IMG/VR virus record: IMGVR_UViG_3300001460_000004
Coordinates: 166,037-230,036 of that record
Strand: one strand, 5' to 3'
Length of the DNA stretch: 64,000 bases
Shown piece after piece: positions 39,334-48,685 of this stretch. The translations under genes and the position numbers were made by a program. The notes beneath the pieces were generated by a model, which was not told where the DNA came from, searched no databases, and saw nothing but the letters and a program-made list of their open reading frames with translations. Numbering within the stretch: the first letter of the stretch is position 1; every line of letters starts with the position of its first letter.

Positions 39334-40579
39334 GAATAATACTACTATTGGCTTTATCGGTTTAGGCAAATTAGGCCTAGATTGTGCTGAAGTCTTTGCT
39401 ACTTACTACAACACAGTGGGCTATGATATTTACCCGCGATCCAGTGACAGTGTAAAAGTTTTAGAAAGCATTGATGCTGTTGTTCAATTTGCTGACTGGA
39501 TTTTTATTGCAGTACCAACACCACATGATGAAGGATATGACGGAAGCGTACCAAGTTCACACAAAAAACCTAGAGATTTTGGGCATGATGCAGTTGAAAA
39601 TTGTTTAAAAGAAATCAATCGTGCGGCTATAACGCCAAAAAATATTGTGTTGATTAGCACAGTTCTTCCAGGTACTACAGCTCGCAAATTTAAACCTTTG
39701 CTTAGTGATCAACATAACTTTTTATATAATCCATATTTAATTGCTATGGGCAGTGTTAAGTGGGATATGGTAAATCCAGAAATGGTTATGATGGGTAGTG
39801 AAACTGGTGATGAAACTGAACTGAACAAACTAATTGATATCTATACACCAATTATGGAAAATCATCCACGTTATATTACAGGAACATGGGAAGAATGCGA
39901 AGCTATTAAAATCTTTTATAATACTTTTATCAGTGCCAAAGTTGGGTTAGCAAATATGATTCAAGACTTTGCACTAAAAATTGGAAATATTAATGTTGAC
40001 GTTGTAACAGATGCACTAGCAAAAAGTGATATGCGTATTATGGGTCCAAAGTATATGACAGCAGGGATGGGAGATGCAGGAGCATGTCATCCACGTGATA
40101 ACATTGCATTGCGTTGGCTAGCTGATGAACATGAGATTGGGTATGATATGTTTGATACAATTATGCATGCCCGAGAGAAACAAGCTGAAAATCTTGCTAA
40201 GTTTTTAATTGACCAAAAATCTACAGATGCAACACCTATTGTAATACATGGTAAAGCATACAAACCAGATGTTGAATACTGTATTGGAAGTTATAGTACA
40301 TTAATTGGACATTACATTAAACAAGCTGGGCATACTGTTTTCTACGTAGATCCATTAGCAGACAATCATGATGATTTGGTTACAGATGTTGACGAGCCTG
40401 CAGTTGTACTAATGGCGCACAATCGTTTTGTTACGTATGGATACACAGGTGAAGTGGAAGAAGATCCATTTTACTATAAAATAAAAGCAGGTTCAGTTAT
40501 TGTAGATCCATGGAGAACATATCCTAAAGACAGTAATATATACACAGTAGTACACTATGGCAACACGAGAAAACACTAA
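39332..40579 (+). CDS. ugd: UDP-glucose/GDP-mannose 6-dehydrogenase
   Basis: IGLGKLG Rossmann motif, IAVPTP, EAIK..YN, GACHPRD, GKAYKPD; SD AAGGA. Confidence 0.88.
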   Translation: MNNTTIGFIGLGKLGLDCAEVFATYYNTVGYDIYPRSSDSVKVLESIDAVVQFADWIFIAVPTPHDEGYDGSVPSSHKKPRDFGHDAVENCLKEINRAAITPKNIVLISTVLPGTTARKFKPLLSDQHNFLYNPYLIAMGSVKWDMVNPEMVMMGSETGDETELNKLIDIYTPIMENHPRYITGTWEECEAIKIFYNTFISAKVGLANMIQDFALKIGNINVDVVTDALAKSDMRIMGPKYMTAGMGDAGACHPRDNIALRWLADEHEIGYDMFDTIMHAREKQAENLAKFLIDQKSTDATPIVIHGKAYKPDVEYCIGSYSTLIGHYIKQAGHTVFYVDPLADNHDDLVTDVDEPAVVLMAHNRFVTYGYTGEVEEDPFYYKIKAGSVIVDPWRTYPKDSNIYTVVHYGNTRKH

Positions 40580-41078
40580 CTGGAAACAATACTCTATTGA
40601 ACCAAGTTGGTTTGCACATAGGGATATTGACTATCAAAATTCACCATTTAATGATGCTGTAAGTTTAAACTATTGGCAACAAGTAGGCTTTGCTAATACA
40701 AAATTTACAGGGGATATGTATGACATGAAACGTACTGCCCCGGAATGGATGGACAGTGTACTACTTCATTTTGCACATTGGAAACATGCTAGTTGGAGTA
40801 TATATAGAATGAGTCCTGGGACATGTTTGCCTAGGCATAGCGACAAATATGTAAAATTTAAAAAAATACATAACTTGAGTGAAAAAGATACAATCACAAG
40901 AGCTATTATATTTTTAGAAGATTGGGCAAGTGGACATTACTTTGAAATTGGTACTACACCTATAGTAAACTGGCAAGCCGGAGATGTTGTAGAATGGACA
41001 AACACTGTACCCCACCTGGCTAGTAATATGGGATACACAAACAGGTATACATTGCAAATAACAGGACTACAAGATTGA
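40557..41078 (+). CDS. 2OG-Fe(II) oxygenase (prolyl-hydroxylase-like)
   Basis: LPRHSD...PHLASN...RYTLQ. Confidence 0.75.
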   Translation: MATRENTNWKQYSIEPSWFAHRDIDYQNSPFNDAVSLNYWQQVGFANTKFTGDMYDMKRTAPEWMDSVLLHFAHWKHASWSIYRMSPGTCLPRHSDKYVKFKKIHNLSEKDTITRAIIFLEDWASGHYFEIGTTPIVNWQAGDVVEWTNTVPHLASNMGYTNRYTLQITGLQD

Positions 41079-42001
41079 CACTAAATTCACACAATGAATG
41101 GGATCCACTTGAAAAAATCATAGTAGGAGATGCCACAGGTGCTAATTGGCCATGGCACGATCCTAATTATAGAATTGAAGAAGTTAGAACACTGTGGAAA
41201 GAAACGCCTCTGCCACAAGGTAGAGTTGCACAGCATGTAATTGACGAAAGTAATGAAGATTTACAAATACTAGCCAACACATTGGAGAAATTGGGTATAG
41301 AAGTTTTACGTCCTATACCAAACGACTTTGCCAAAAGCATGGGTATGTACAATTATTGTCCACGTGATCGAGTATTAATTGCCGGTGATACTTGGATTGA
41401 TCCTGCTATGATGTATAGTAGTAGAGAACAAGAAACACAGTATTTGCAACATCATTTTGGAACAACAGCACCACACATAAAAATGCCACGTGATCAACGC
41501 ATGACATTAGATGCAGCAAATATCTCACGTTTTGGAGATACATGGTTATATTTGATAAGCAACAGCGGAAACAAGCTAGCATTAGAATGGTTACAACAAC
41601 AAGTTCCGCACATTAATATCATACCTGTTAATTTTTACGCAGGAGTACACATTGACAGCACTATATGTCCAATAAGTGAGGACACTGTTATACTAAATGC
41701 TCATAGAGTAAACAACGAGAACATGCCTGAGTTTTTAAGAGACTGGAATAAAATTTGGGTTGAAGATTGTGTACCGCAAAGTTTTTATGAATATCCCTAT
41801 GCTAGTAAATGGATAGGAATGAATGTACTTAGTGTTGATCCCAAAACTGTAATTGTAGACCGTGAACAAAAACAACTAATAAATAATTTAGAGAAGCAAA
41901 ACTTTACAGTGATTCCGTTAGCGTTACGTCATAGCAGAACATTAGGTGGTGGTTTTCATTGTGTCACATTGGATCTAAGGAGAACACATGTTAAAAGTTG
42001 A
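41075..42001 (+). CDS. Amidinotransferase (glycine/inosamine-phosphate amidinotransferase family)
   Basis: NSHNEWDPL, CPRD, LDAAN, HIDST, GGGFHCVTLD; TTG start. Confidence 0.88.
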   Translation: MTLNSHNEWDPLEKIIVGDATGANWPWHDPNYRIEEVRTLWKETPLPQGRVAQHVIDESNEDLQILANTLEKLGIEVLRPIPNDFAKSMGMYNYCPRDRVLIAGDTWIDPAMMYSSREQETQYLQHHFGTTAPHIKMPRDQRMTLDAANISRFGDTWLYLISNSGNKLALEWLQQQVPHINIIPVNFYAGVHIDSTICPISEDTVILNAHRVNNENMPEFLRDWNKIWVEDCVPQSFYEYPYASKWIGMNVLSVDPKTVIVDREQKQLINNLEKQNFTVIPLALRHSRTLGGGFHCVTLDLRRTHVKS

Positions 42002-43268
42002 AACAGGTGCAATTGAAGAATTAATTCAAGACGAAGTTTCGTTACAAGTCCAAGAAGCGTTGGCTGACGGTAAGTGGTTAGTCAGCTTAGAACAACGCAT
42101 TACTGACTTTGTGCAAGGTAGAATTACTAAACGTTTTGCTAATATTGATACTGTGCCCGACTTAGTTAAAAGTGTTGAAACAAGTGTAGAGAAATTGTTT
42201 AATGATGGATTTATTCCAGACTTACATCACTTAGTGAACACAAGTGTTTTAACAAATGCAGTTGATACTGCTATCCAACAACAAATAGCCACCACCATTG
42301 ATCAATTAATAATCAATGATGAATGGATTAAAAAAATTGAAACACTAGTAAACAATAACTTTGCACGTAAAATACAAAACAAAATTAATGAAGTCGATTT
42401 TAATCTATTAATAGTAGAACAAATTGATAAAGGTGTAACACGTTGGCAAGATAAACTACTTGACCAACTAAACACACAAGGTATTGATGACCAAGCATCA
42501 AAAAATGTTCTTAGACTCAATGATTTGGGTGTTGACATTACAGGTGAACTTATTGCAGACAGTGCAGATATTTCTGATGTGACTGTAAGTAACGCACTAG
42601 TAGTTAATGATTTAGTAGTTAAAAATAGTGTAAATACTGACAGTCCTAAATGGGATGAACTAAAACGCAGCATTACTGACAAAACATTAGAAAGTCTTAA
42701 CTTTGAATGGCGTGATAGTTTGGTTAAACAAGTACTAAGCGATGCTGAAACTAGTGGCATTGAGTTTGATCATGTGTTAGTTGATGGACAACCATTAGTA
42801 GCTAACCACACATTAGGACACCAAGTTAGTAAAAGTTCACTACAAAGTGTTGGTGTATTAAATGCTTTACAAGTTGCAGGTGAAGCTGAAATAAACAATA
42901 CCATGTATGTGCTTAGTGGTCGTGTAGGTATTAATACTACATCACCCGACAGAGCTCTTAGCATATGGGATGAAGAAGTAGCAATTAGTATTGGTAAAGG
43001 CAGTGCTGAAACTGCTTTAATTGGAACAACTCGAAACCATAAACTAAGTTTTGGAGTCAACCGAAAAAGTAATATTAGTATTGACCTTGATGGTACTACA
43101 TGGTTAGATAAACTTAAAGTTGATAGATGGGAAATTGGAACACACAAAGGTGTACCAGGTCACAGCGGAACACGTGGTGACATCTTATTCAATAATGATC
43201 CCAAAGAAGGTGAAGCATTTTGTTGGCAATGCCTAGGCGGATATAAATGGAAAGAAGTCCGGTTATGA
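41988..43268 (+). CDS. Hypothetical, possibly virion-associated protein
   Basis: Helical N-half; GRVGINTTSP tail-fibre-type repeat. Confidence 0.55.
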   Translation: MLKVETGAIEELIQDEVSLQVQEALADGKWLVSLEQRITDFVQGRITKRFANIDTVPDLVKSVETSVEKLFNDGFIPDLHHLVNTSVLTNAVDTAIQQQIATTIDQLIINDEWIKKIETLVNNNFARKIQNKINEVDFNLLIVEQIDKGVTRWQDKLLDQLNTQGIDDQASKNVLRLNDLGVDITGELIADSADISDVTVSNALVVNDLVVKNSVNTDSPKWDELKRSITDKTLESLNFEWRDSLVKQVLSDAETSGIEFDHVLVDGQPLVANHTLGHQVSKSSLQSVGVLNALQVAGEAEINNTMYVLSGRVGINTTSPDRALSIWDEEVAISIGKGSAETALIGTTRNHKLSFGVNRKSNISIDLDGTTWLDKLKVDRWEIGTHKGVPGHSGTRGDILFNNDPKEGEAFCWQCLGGYKWKEVRL

Positions 43269-43822
43269 AAATAGCATGGTGCTTTGCTAGTGGCACTCAA
43301 ATTGATCCTGCAATTGAAATAGAACAGATAAAGAAAATTGGATCCAGCTGGGGAAGTTGGAACACATGGCGCGGCTGTGAGACAGAAAATATTGTGTGTT
43401 ACGATTTACAAAAGGCTGTTGAGCTAAACAAGAGAGCATTACAAGCTGTTACTAATTTGTATGTTCCTGAAAACTTTTATCAAAAAATGAATCAACCAGT
43501 AGGATTTAAATATTATTCTGGCGAATTTAATGAAAATGTTGACAACATTGAAGATATAGTTTCAATGCATTTAGCTGCTAGTAGCGGCAATCCTGTTGTG
43601 TTGTTGTTGGGATATAAATTTAAAATTAGTGGAGTTACTGACAATCCTTTAGCTCTACACAAGCAAAAAAACTATCACGGAATGTTACGTAGTGTCTTAA
43701 ACGAGTATAAAGATGTTCAGTGGGTTGCAGTAGATATAGCTGAAGATGATTTAGATAATGCATATAGTGAATTAACAAATTTTACTTGCGATACTATGGA
43801 AACTGTGCTAAACTTGCTGTAA
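43265..43822 (+). CDS. Hypothetical protein (Rossmann-like, possibly nucleotide-sugar related)
   Basis: ATGA overlap with the upstream gene; MKIAWCFASG...LLGY. Confidence 0.55.
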   Translation: MKIAWCFASGTQIDPAIEIEQIKKIGSSWGSWNTWRGCETENIVCYDLQKAVELNKRALQAVTNLYVPENFYQKMNQPVGFKYYSGEFNENVDNIEDIVSMHLAASSGNPVVLLLGYKFKISGVTDNPLALHKQKNYHGMLRSVLNEYKDVQWVAVDIAEDDLDNAYSELTNFTCDTMETVLNLL

Positions 43823-43841
43823 CAAAAAGAGGAAACAGGCA

Positions 43842-44285
43842 TTGTTACGTGAATTAAGTAAAGAAGAAATAAAAAAAATTGTTCATGATGATCCAGTACG
43901 TCCACATATAAGTGCAGCTTGGCGTTGTCGTAGTGGCAGAGAAGTATATGGATTATTCAATGACGTTACAGGAGATATTAGGGCAGTTATTTGTGTAGCA
44001 TACACAGATGAAGTACCATCATGCGAACGTGATATGGGGTGGGTTGGTACTAATGTAGCAGTTTTTTATACAGTGTGGAGTTACGACAAGGGTGCTGGTA
44101 AAGAGATTGTACTGAGTGTAGCTGATCATATAAATTGCAAAAATCATTATGTAAAAAGATTTGTAACACTTAGCCCGTTAACTAATATGGCTGAAAGATT
44201 CCATATAAAGAATGGTGCTAGTTTCTTGAATCGACATATTAAATGTCAAAACTTTGAATATTTTTTGCAACCTGTTGAGCTGTAA
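43842..44285 (+). CDS. GNAT-fold protein resembling the malonyl-CoA decarboxylase catalytic domain
   Basis: AVFYTVWSY.KGAG...FVTLSP. Confidence 0.45.
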   Translation: MLRELSKEEIKKIVHDDPVRPHISAAWRCRSGREVYGLFNDVTGDIRAVICVAYTDEVPSCERDMGWVGTNVAVFYTVWSYDKGAGKEIVLSVADHINCKNHYVKRFVTLSPLTNMAERFHIKNGASFLNRHIKCQNFEYFLQPVEL

Positions 44286-44298
44286 ACAAATTTTTTTC

Positions 44299-44327
44299 TT
44301 GACCTTTTGAACAACATATGTTAATAT
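44299..44327 (+). promoter_or_regulatory. Early sigma70 promoter
   Basis: TTGACC-N17-TAATAT with TGn. Confidence 0.65.
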
Positions 44328-44356
44328 ACATGTATAGCTAATAGAAAGGTTCACTG

Positions 44357-44554
44357 ATGTTACGTATTTTCAACTCAGCTTATTATGCTCAAACTGGCGA
44401 CGAGCGTTTTATTGATTTAAGTGAAGTTAATATCGTAGAACAAAAAATTGACTGGAATGGTCGTCCTTACATTTTGTTTGAACATACAGACTTTCCTCTT
44501 GGTTGCTTAAAAGCAACATATGACGGTACCTATTGGGGTTGTGATTTAGATTGA
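44357..44554 (+). CDS. Small early hypothetical protein
   Basis: 65 aa, SD AAGG. Confidence 0.65.
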   Translation: MLRIFNSAYYAQTGDERFIDLSEVNIVEQKIDWNGRPYILFEHTDFPLGCLKATYDGTYWGCDLD

Positions 44555-44688
44555 AGCGTGTTAAACTATACAGACAATGGTACAAGCAATTAAGGCAGAA
44601 TCCAAACTATGCATGGTACAACTGTATAGTATGGGCAATTTACAATTCAGGCACACACGAACTAGACGGTTCGTACAGGAAGTTCTAA
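44551..44688 (+). CDS. Small hypothetical protein (45 aa; not in the ORF track)
   Basis: TTG start in a TTGA overlap; fills the gap to uvsE; MKRVKLYRQW...RKF. Confidence 0.45.
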   Translation: MKRVKLYRQWYKQLRQNPNYAWYNCIVWAIYNSGTHELDGSYRKF

Positions 44689-44725
44689 TATGCAAGATCT
44701 TAAATTTACAACATGTGGAGATTAT

Positions 44726-45862
44726 ATGAATCAATCAAAACGGCGTATTGGCTTTGCATGCAAGTATCTACATGAAGATCAATCACAAAAACCTAAGTTA
44801 CTCGAAGAACTACAGCGACCTTTAACAGAAAAGAGTACTACTGTAACTTGGCTAAATAATCAAAGCAGAGATGTTGCTGAACAACGTTTGTGGGACATCA
44901 TGGTACACAATGCAGCAGCTGCAGAAAGGTTGGTAAAGTATGTGGGAAGCCTTGATCCTGAGCTTAGAATGGTCCGACTGGGTAGCAATCAGCTTCCTTG
45001 TGCTACCCACCCTGATTGGATGTATTTTTGGAGTAAGCCTGATGTTATTGCCTACTGTGAAAAACACTATGCCAAAGTCGGTGAAGCGGCAAGAGCCCTC
45101 GATGTCCGATTATCGATGCATCCCGGTCAATTTGTCGTACTGGCCAGTGACAACGATGACATTGTCAAACGATCAATAGAGGAGTTTGAATACCATGCTA
45201 ATCTCATCAGGTGGATGGGCTTCGGCCGAGAATTTCAAGACTTTAAATGTAACATCCACATATCGGGTCGTAAAGGCCCGGCAGGCATCAAAGCAGTTCT
45301 CCCAAGACTCTCGCAAGAAGCGAGAAACACTATTACAATCGAAAACGACGAAAACAAGTGGGGAATTAACGACAGCCTCGAACTTGCAGACGACCTCGCA
45401 CTCGTACTTGACATACACCACCACTGGTGCCGTGAAGGTGAATACTTCAGCCCCACCGACGATAGATATCAACGCATAATTGATAGTTGGCGTGGTGTGC
45501 GGCCTGTGATACATTACAGTTACAGCAGGACTGAGCAATTGCCCCAAGGCTATGCACACAATACACTACCTGATATGCCAGCACTATTAGAAGCAGGCTA
45601 CAAAAAAGGTAAGCTACGTGGACACAGTGACTACTATCCTAATCAGCTTGTAAATGACTATGCACTAAGTTTTTGGGACTATGCAGATATTATGTGCGAG
45701 GCTAAAATGAAAAACTTGGCTAGTTTTCAATTGTATCAACAATATCAGACACAATTAGAGCAACCCAATCAGTCTCAAACATTAATTGAAAATTGTGCTC
45801 CACAATTGGTTTACATTGCGCCAGGTAATGATCAACATCAAGTTGATTTACAGCCAGTATAG
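44726..45862 (+). CDS. uvsE: UV-damage endonuclease
   Basis: RIGFACK, RLSMHPGQF, IENDE, LDIHHHW, RPVIHYS, HSD, MCEAK; start at the SD-preceded ATG 44726. Confidence 0.92.
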   Translation: MNQSKRRIGFACKYLHEDQSQKPKLLEELQRPLTEKSTTVTWLNNQSRDVAEQRLWDIMVHNAAAAERLVKYVGSLDPELRMVRLGSNQLPCATHPDWMYFWSKPDVIAYCEKHYAKVGEAARALDVRLSMHPGQFVVLASDNDDIVKRSIEEFEYHANLIRWMGFGREFQDFKCNIHISGRKGPAGIKAVLPRLSQEARNTITIENDENKWGINDSLELADDLALVLDIHHHWCREGEYFSPTDDRYQRIIDSWRGVRPVIHYSYSRTEQLPQGYAHNTLPDMPALLEAGYKKGKLRGHSDYYPNQLVNDYALSFWDYADIMCEAKMKNLASFQLYQQYQTQLEQPNQSQTLIENCAPQLVYIAPGNDQHQVDLQPV

Positions 45863-46706
45863 AACTAGCAACATCACTCATACGATTTACTAGAAATGGT
45901 TGCTGGTCATAACTTTCATTAATAATTCCATCAAATGTTTTAAAACCTAACTTTCTCAAATTTTTTAAATAATGTTGGCCACTAGCAACAACAAACGGAC
46001 GTTTAGCCAATATAGGTTTTACTATTTTTTCTGTAAAAAAACTAAATTCATTATCGCTTTGTGTTTCGGCAACAACTGTACTATGAGTAAGAGCATAGAT
46101 GTCGTGCGGTAATATTTGACTTAAACTTACAATAACACCATCTACTGTTACTTCATCAACTGTTTGGTATATGTTGGATTGTTGGGGGAGAATACTAGGC
46201 CAAACAAATTCTTTATCTGAAAGTTGTGCAATATCGTTGTTGTTATATTCTTTAAAATATTTTACAATGTTTTGTGATGTACCCATGTAATGTTTTAAAA
46301 GATCTCTGTGATATTTTTTTCTTCCTAGTAGTGCATCAAATCCGTTGGTACCATGTTTGGTTTCTAAGTGGCGTGGAAACTGTTTGTAAAAAGCTATAGT
46401 GCTATCAAAAAAATACATATAAGTTTTTACAACAGCATCCCGGGTTTGGTAGTTTAAATAACCAGGAATAAAAATAGTAACATTAGGCAAGTCAAATTTA
46501 TCAATTAATGCAGTTGATGTTAATTCTTGTAAAAACAACAACACAGGTTTACCGGTGTTAACAAATGGCATTATATTTGCAAAATCATTGTCTTGATATT
46601 CAATAATCTCAATTATTGCAACATCCCAAATGTTGTCCTCAGTGATAGTATAAGTGGTTTGATTAAGCCACCATTTTACTTGTTCTGATTGCGTATATAC
46701 TAACAT
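45720..46706 (-). CDS. Glycosyltransferase-like protein (GT10-like family)
   Basis: VVAETQ...FTEKIVKPILAKRPF...GFKTF...NESYD. Confidence 0.6.
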   Translation of the reverse strand: MLVYTQSEQVKWWLNQTTYTITEDNIWDVAIIEIIEYQDNDFANIMPFVNTGKPVLLFLQELTSTALIDKFDLPNVTIFIPGYLNYQTRDAVVKTYMYFFDSTIAFYKQFPRHLETKHGTNGFDALLGRKKYHRDLLKHYMGTSQNIVKYFKEYNNNDIAQLSDKEFVWPSILPQQSNIYQTVDEVTVDGVIVSLSQILPHDIYALTHSTVVAETQSDNEFSFFTEKIVKPILAKRPFVVASGQHYLKNLRKLGFKTFDGIINESYDQQPFLVNRMSDVASSILAVNQLDVDHYLAQCKPIVEHNFQLMFETDWVALIVSDIVDTIEN

Positions 46707-46711
46707 ATTGA

Positions 46712-46717
46712 TATTTA
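46712..46717 (-). promoter_or_regulatory. Late promoter TAAATA, 5 nt before ATG 46706
   Basis: Plus-strand CAT-ATTGA-TATTTA. Confidence 0.7.
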
Positions 46718-46775
46718 AGGATAAAAAAACTTTCAGAAAAATTATAAGTCATTGAAATCATTGAAAACGTTTTGG

Positions 46776-46804
46776 TTGACCATTTGAACTTTATGTCGTA
46801 TAGT
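46776..46804 (+). promoter_or_regulatory. Early sigma70 promoter
   Basis: TTGACC-N17-TATAGT. Confidence 0.75.
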
Positions 46805-46835
46805 GTATATATAAGTTAAGCAAAACGGAGACAAT

Positions 46836-47234
46836 ATGTTAGACCAAACAGTACAATTTGAAGATGTAGACACTTACACACTATGCGTTGAACACTTTGA
46901 CAATATGAAAGACCAGTTGGGTATGTCAACTGTTTGGAGCATGTGGGACGGCGGAACAATGTCCGCAGAGCAAGCTATCTTTAGCGATAAGATGCGTAAA
47001 GTTACATATAATTTTGTACGTCATGATGCAACAATCGAAGAGCTTGATGCAGACTTGGATAATGGCACTAACAATACAATGGCTCAAGTTAGTTCGTTTG
47101 CAGTAAACGGAACAGTCAAAGCACTTTGGGCGGCTGCTGAAAGTTGCATTAAACAAAGCGGAACACATCATTCTTTCATTGAAGACTTTGAAATGCAAGA
47201 TGATGGATCGCTTGCACTAGTAACAGGATCTTAA
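46836..47234 (+). CDS. Early hypothetical protein
   Basis: 132 aa, SD GGAG. Confidence 0.75.
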   Translation: MLDQTVQFEDVDTYTLCVEHFDNMKDQLGMSTVWSMWDGGTMSAEQAIFSDKMRKVTYNFVRHDATIEELDADLDNGTNNTMAQVSSFAVNGTVKALWAAAESCIKQSGTHHSFIEDFEMQDDGSLALVTGS

Positions 47235-47258
47235 AAGATAGAAACAAAGGAATGTTTT

Positions 47259-47516
47259 ATGCGTATTAAAGGTGCAATGACTGTTTTAGAAAGACGTGCT
47301 AAGTTTTATGGTAAAACTGTCGACTGGCTAATTGATGCTATGGATAATCATATGGATGAAAATATGACTGTTACACAAGCATATGAGGTTTACAAAATGG
47401 ATCAAGGTCTAGTTTGGTGCGGTGTAAATGGTGTTGGTTTTACTACACCTGAAAAATCCTCAAACGAATGGAAAATATTCCGAGGTGAAGGTGTACAGTT
47501 GGAGATGGCAATATAA
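47259..47516 (+). CDS. Early hypothetical protein
   Basis: 85 aa, SD AAGGA. Confidence 0.7.
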   Translation: MRIKGAMTVLERRAKFYGKTVDWLIDAMDNHMDENMTVTQAYEVYKMDQGLVWCGVNGVGFTTPEKSSNEWKIFRGEGVQLEMAI

Positions 47517-47662
47517 TGTATACAGTTGAATATGGTTACTATAATTACCCTACTAAAATACGTGAGTTTAAAACTTACCAAAGTGCAAAGAAGTTCTTCT
47601 ACTACATCACTAAACAAAAAGGTGTAAAGAAGACCGAACTTATAGTCCCAGGAGGTTACTAA
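47516..47662 (+). CDS. Small hypothetical protein (48 aa; not in the ORF track)
   Basis: TAATG coupling at both ends; MYTVEYGYYNYP... Confidence 0.55.
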   Translation: MYTVEYGYYNYPTKIREFKTYQSAKKFFYYITKQKGVKKTELIVPGGY

Positions 47663-47958
47663 TGAATAAATTACAAAATGCAATGGATGCAATTCGTGCA
47701 ATTGAAACACAAGCTGATTTAAATGAATTAGCAGATGTTTGGAAACAACAAATGACCTATATTGGTCGTAATGCAACACGTGGTATGAAACGAGGCGATA
47801 CTGTTACTTGGGAGTCACGTGGATTTGTGCGTACTGGTGTTATTAGCAAAATGAATCGCAAGACTACTGAAATTACAGCTAGTGGCGCTACACCGTTTGG
47901 ACGTACCACAACACGAGTTCCAAATAGTATGATAACAGGAATAGTAGAAACTGCATGA
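47662..47958 (+). CDS. Early hypothetical protein (SH3-like C-terminal half)
   Basis: SD GGAGG; GDTVTW...G.I.KMNRKT. Confidence 0.7.
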   Translation: MNKLQNAMDAIRAIETQADLNELADVWKQQMTYIGRNATRGMKRGDTVTWESRGFVRTGVISKMNRKTTEITASGATPFGRTTTRVPNSMITGIVETA

Positions 47959-48524
47959 TAATATCTAGTGCTTGGGGTGGCTGTGGAAATCTTGTTAGTA
48001 ACATAATACACAGCTCATCTGATTATAAAAATATTATAAATTATTACAAAAGTATTAATTTACGCAGGAGTTGGACTGATCAAGAATGGACAATGGGGCC
48101 ACGCTATATTTACGATGATATAAAACATACATATATACCAGATAGTATCATGGTAGGATGGAAAAATAGTAGCGATACATGTTTTCACTATGCTATAAAA
48201 AATCCTAAAATAAATCATTTAATTGGTAACAGTATTGAAAGACATCGTGCATTGTTGGATAATAATCGATCGTTAGAAAACAAATTTAAGAGAACAGAAT
48301 ACTGGCAAATGGATCATTTGCTTATAGATTATGATGCATTTTATAATAAATGTATTGGTGTAAATAAAGATGTGCAACGAGAACACATGGAAGAAATCAT
48401 TAACTTATGGAAAGAAAAAACTTTGAAGTTTTATAATAAAAATAAAGATTCTGTACTTGAGGACTTGGTGAAACTAGTACCAGATTACAATACAACAAAT
48501 TTTGAATCAAAGTTAGTAGGATGA
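47955..48524 (+). CDS. Hypothetical protein
   Basis: 189 aa, ATGA overlap. Confidence 0.65.
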   Translation: MIISSAWGGCGNLVSNIIHSSSDYKNIINYYKSINLRRSWTDQEWTMGPRYIYDDIKHTYIPDSIMVGWKNSSDTCFHYAIKNPKINHLIGNSIERHRALLDNNRSLENKFKRTEYWQMDHLLIDYDAFYNKCIGVNKDVQREHMEEIINLWKEKTLKFYNKNKDSVLEDLVKLVPDYNTTNFESKLVG

Positions 48525-48685
48525 TACGTTGGTATGACTATCCTGCTAGTTTTTTGTTTGCTTACATGATGCTAGCATTGTTTTTTAATTATGCAATGCT
48601 AGGAGGTATTCTAGCATATGGTGTTTATAAATTATGGATTGACATGTATTGTGATTGGCGCCACAAACAAGAACATGGATATTAG
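48521..48685 (+). CDS. Small membrane protein (54 aa; not in the ORF track)
   Basis: ATGA overlap; MIRWYDYPASFLFAYMMLALFF... Confidence 0.5.
   Translation: MIRWYDYPASFLFAYMMLALFFNYAMLGGILAYGVYKLWIDMYCDWRHKQEHGY

Noticed and set aside
41075-42001. Amidinotransferase as an archaeosine (dG+) synthase working with YhhQ
   Set aside because: It belongs to the Arg-dependent pentein family, which transfers amidino groups to amines. Archaeosine synthesis adds ammonia to the preQ0 nitrile using unrelated enzymes (ArcS, QueF-like, GAT-QueC).
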